DNA of 15,658 nucleotides, from the NCBI GenBank assembly GCA_028713575.1, contig JAQTOB010000012.1, positions 1 through 15,658 on the forward strand, read 5' to 3'. The notes under the pieces were generated by a model. That model searched no databases and was not told the DNA's origin. It saw only the letters and a program-made list of their open reading frames with translations. Within the stretch, counting starts at the first letter, position 1, and every line of letters starts with the position of its first letter. The position numbers were made by a program, and so were the translations under genes. The stretch comes from Patescibacteria group bacterium. GTDB taxonomy: Bacteria; Patescibacteriota; Patescibacteriia; UBA2591; UBA6264. This document shows positions 15,419-15,658 of this stretch, in pieces.

Positions 15419-15658
15419 ATGTTTTACGTCTACATTCTAAAGAGCCTTAAAGATAATAATCTCTATATAGGGAAAACCAACGATTTACAAAGAAGACTTA
15501 ATGAACATAATGGAAAGCATGTCCAATCAACTAAATCAAGAATTCCCTTTATCATTTTAAAATACTTTAAATGCCGTTCAGAGAAAGAGGCGCTAGAACT
15601 TGAGAAAGAATTTAAAAAAGGGTATAAAAGGGAAAAAATAAAGAGAAAATATAATATT
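15419..15658 (+). CDS. GIY-YIG nuclease family protein (small UPF0213/YhbQ/Slx1-like type), 3'-partial at the window edge
   Basis: This ORF is not in the supplied track because no stop codon falls in the window. My translation is MFYVYILKSLKDNNLYIGKTNDLQRRLNEHNGKHVQSTKSRIPFIILKYFKCRSEKEALELEKEFKKGYKREKIKRKYNI. It carries the GIY-type motif (YVYIL), the YIG motif (LYIGKT), the conserved Arg (LQRRLNEHN) and the downstream Glu (ALELEKEFK). Confidence 0.8.
   Translation, partial: MFYVYILKSLKDNNLYIGKTNDLQRRLNEHNGKHVQSTKSRIPFIILKYFKCRSEKEALELEKEFKKGYKREKIKRKYNI

Overview
AT-rich window (about one-third G+C by eye) with tightly packed genes. All long ORFs are intact under the standard code, and radA ends in TGA, so UGA is a stop. 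The gene content and style resemble a small-genome, Gram-positive-like or CPR/Patescibacteria-type bacterium; that lineage call is inference only. Bases 1-10203 form one co-directional (+) operon-like block with gaps of 1-85 nt, which I read as a stripped-down type IV secretion (T4SS)-like apparatus. It contains: a 5'-truncated VirB6/TrbL-like membrane protein with a very long coiled-coil tail carrying in-frame tandem repeats; an unrecognised 640-aa protein; a PrgI/VirB3-like protein; a 217-aa protein resembling a VirB4 N-terminal domain; a VirB4-family ATPase with clear Walker A and B motifs; two small membrane proteins of unknown family; and a VirB2-like two-helix pilin fused to a 10-cysteine C-terminal domain. 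No relaxase, coupling ATPase, VirB11, cell-wall hydrolase or integrase is visible in the window. A GC-rich 18-nt tandem repeat closes the block. Downstream are a membrane-anchored TolB-like beta-propeller protein, radA (+) and recG (-, convergent with radA). At the 3' edge, a consensus sigma70-type promoter drives a tRNA-Ser-like 5' fragment that carries a hairpin insertion and runs directly into a GIY-YIG nuclease ORF leaving the window. No CRISPR array, rRNA or recognisable IS element was seen.
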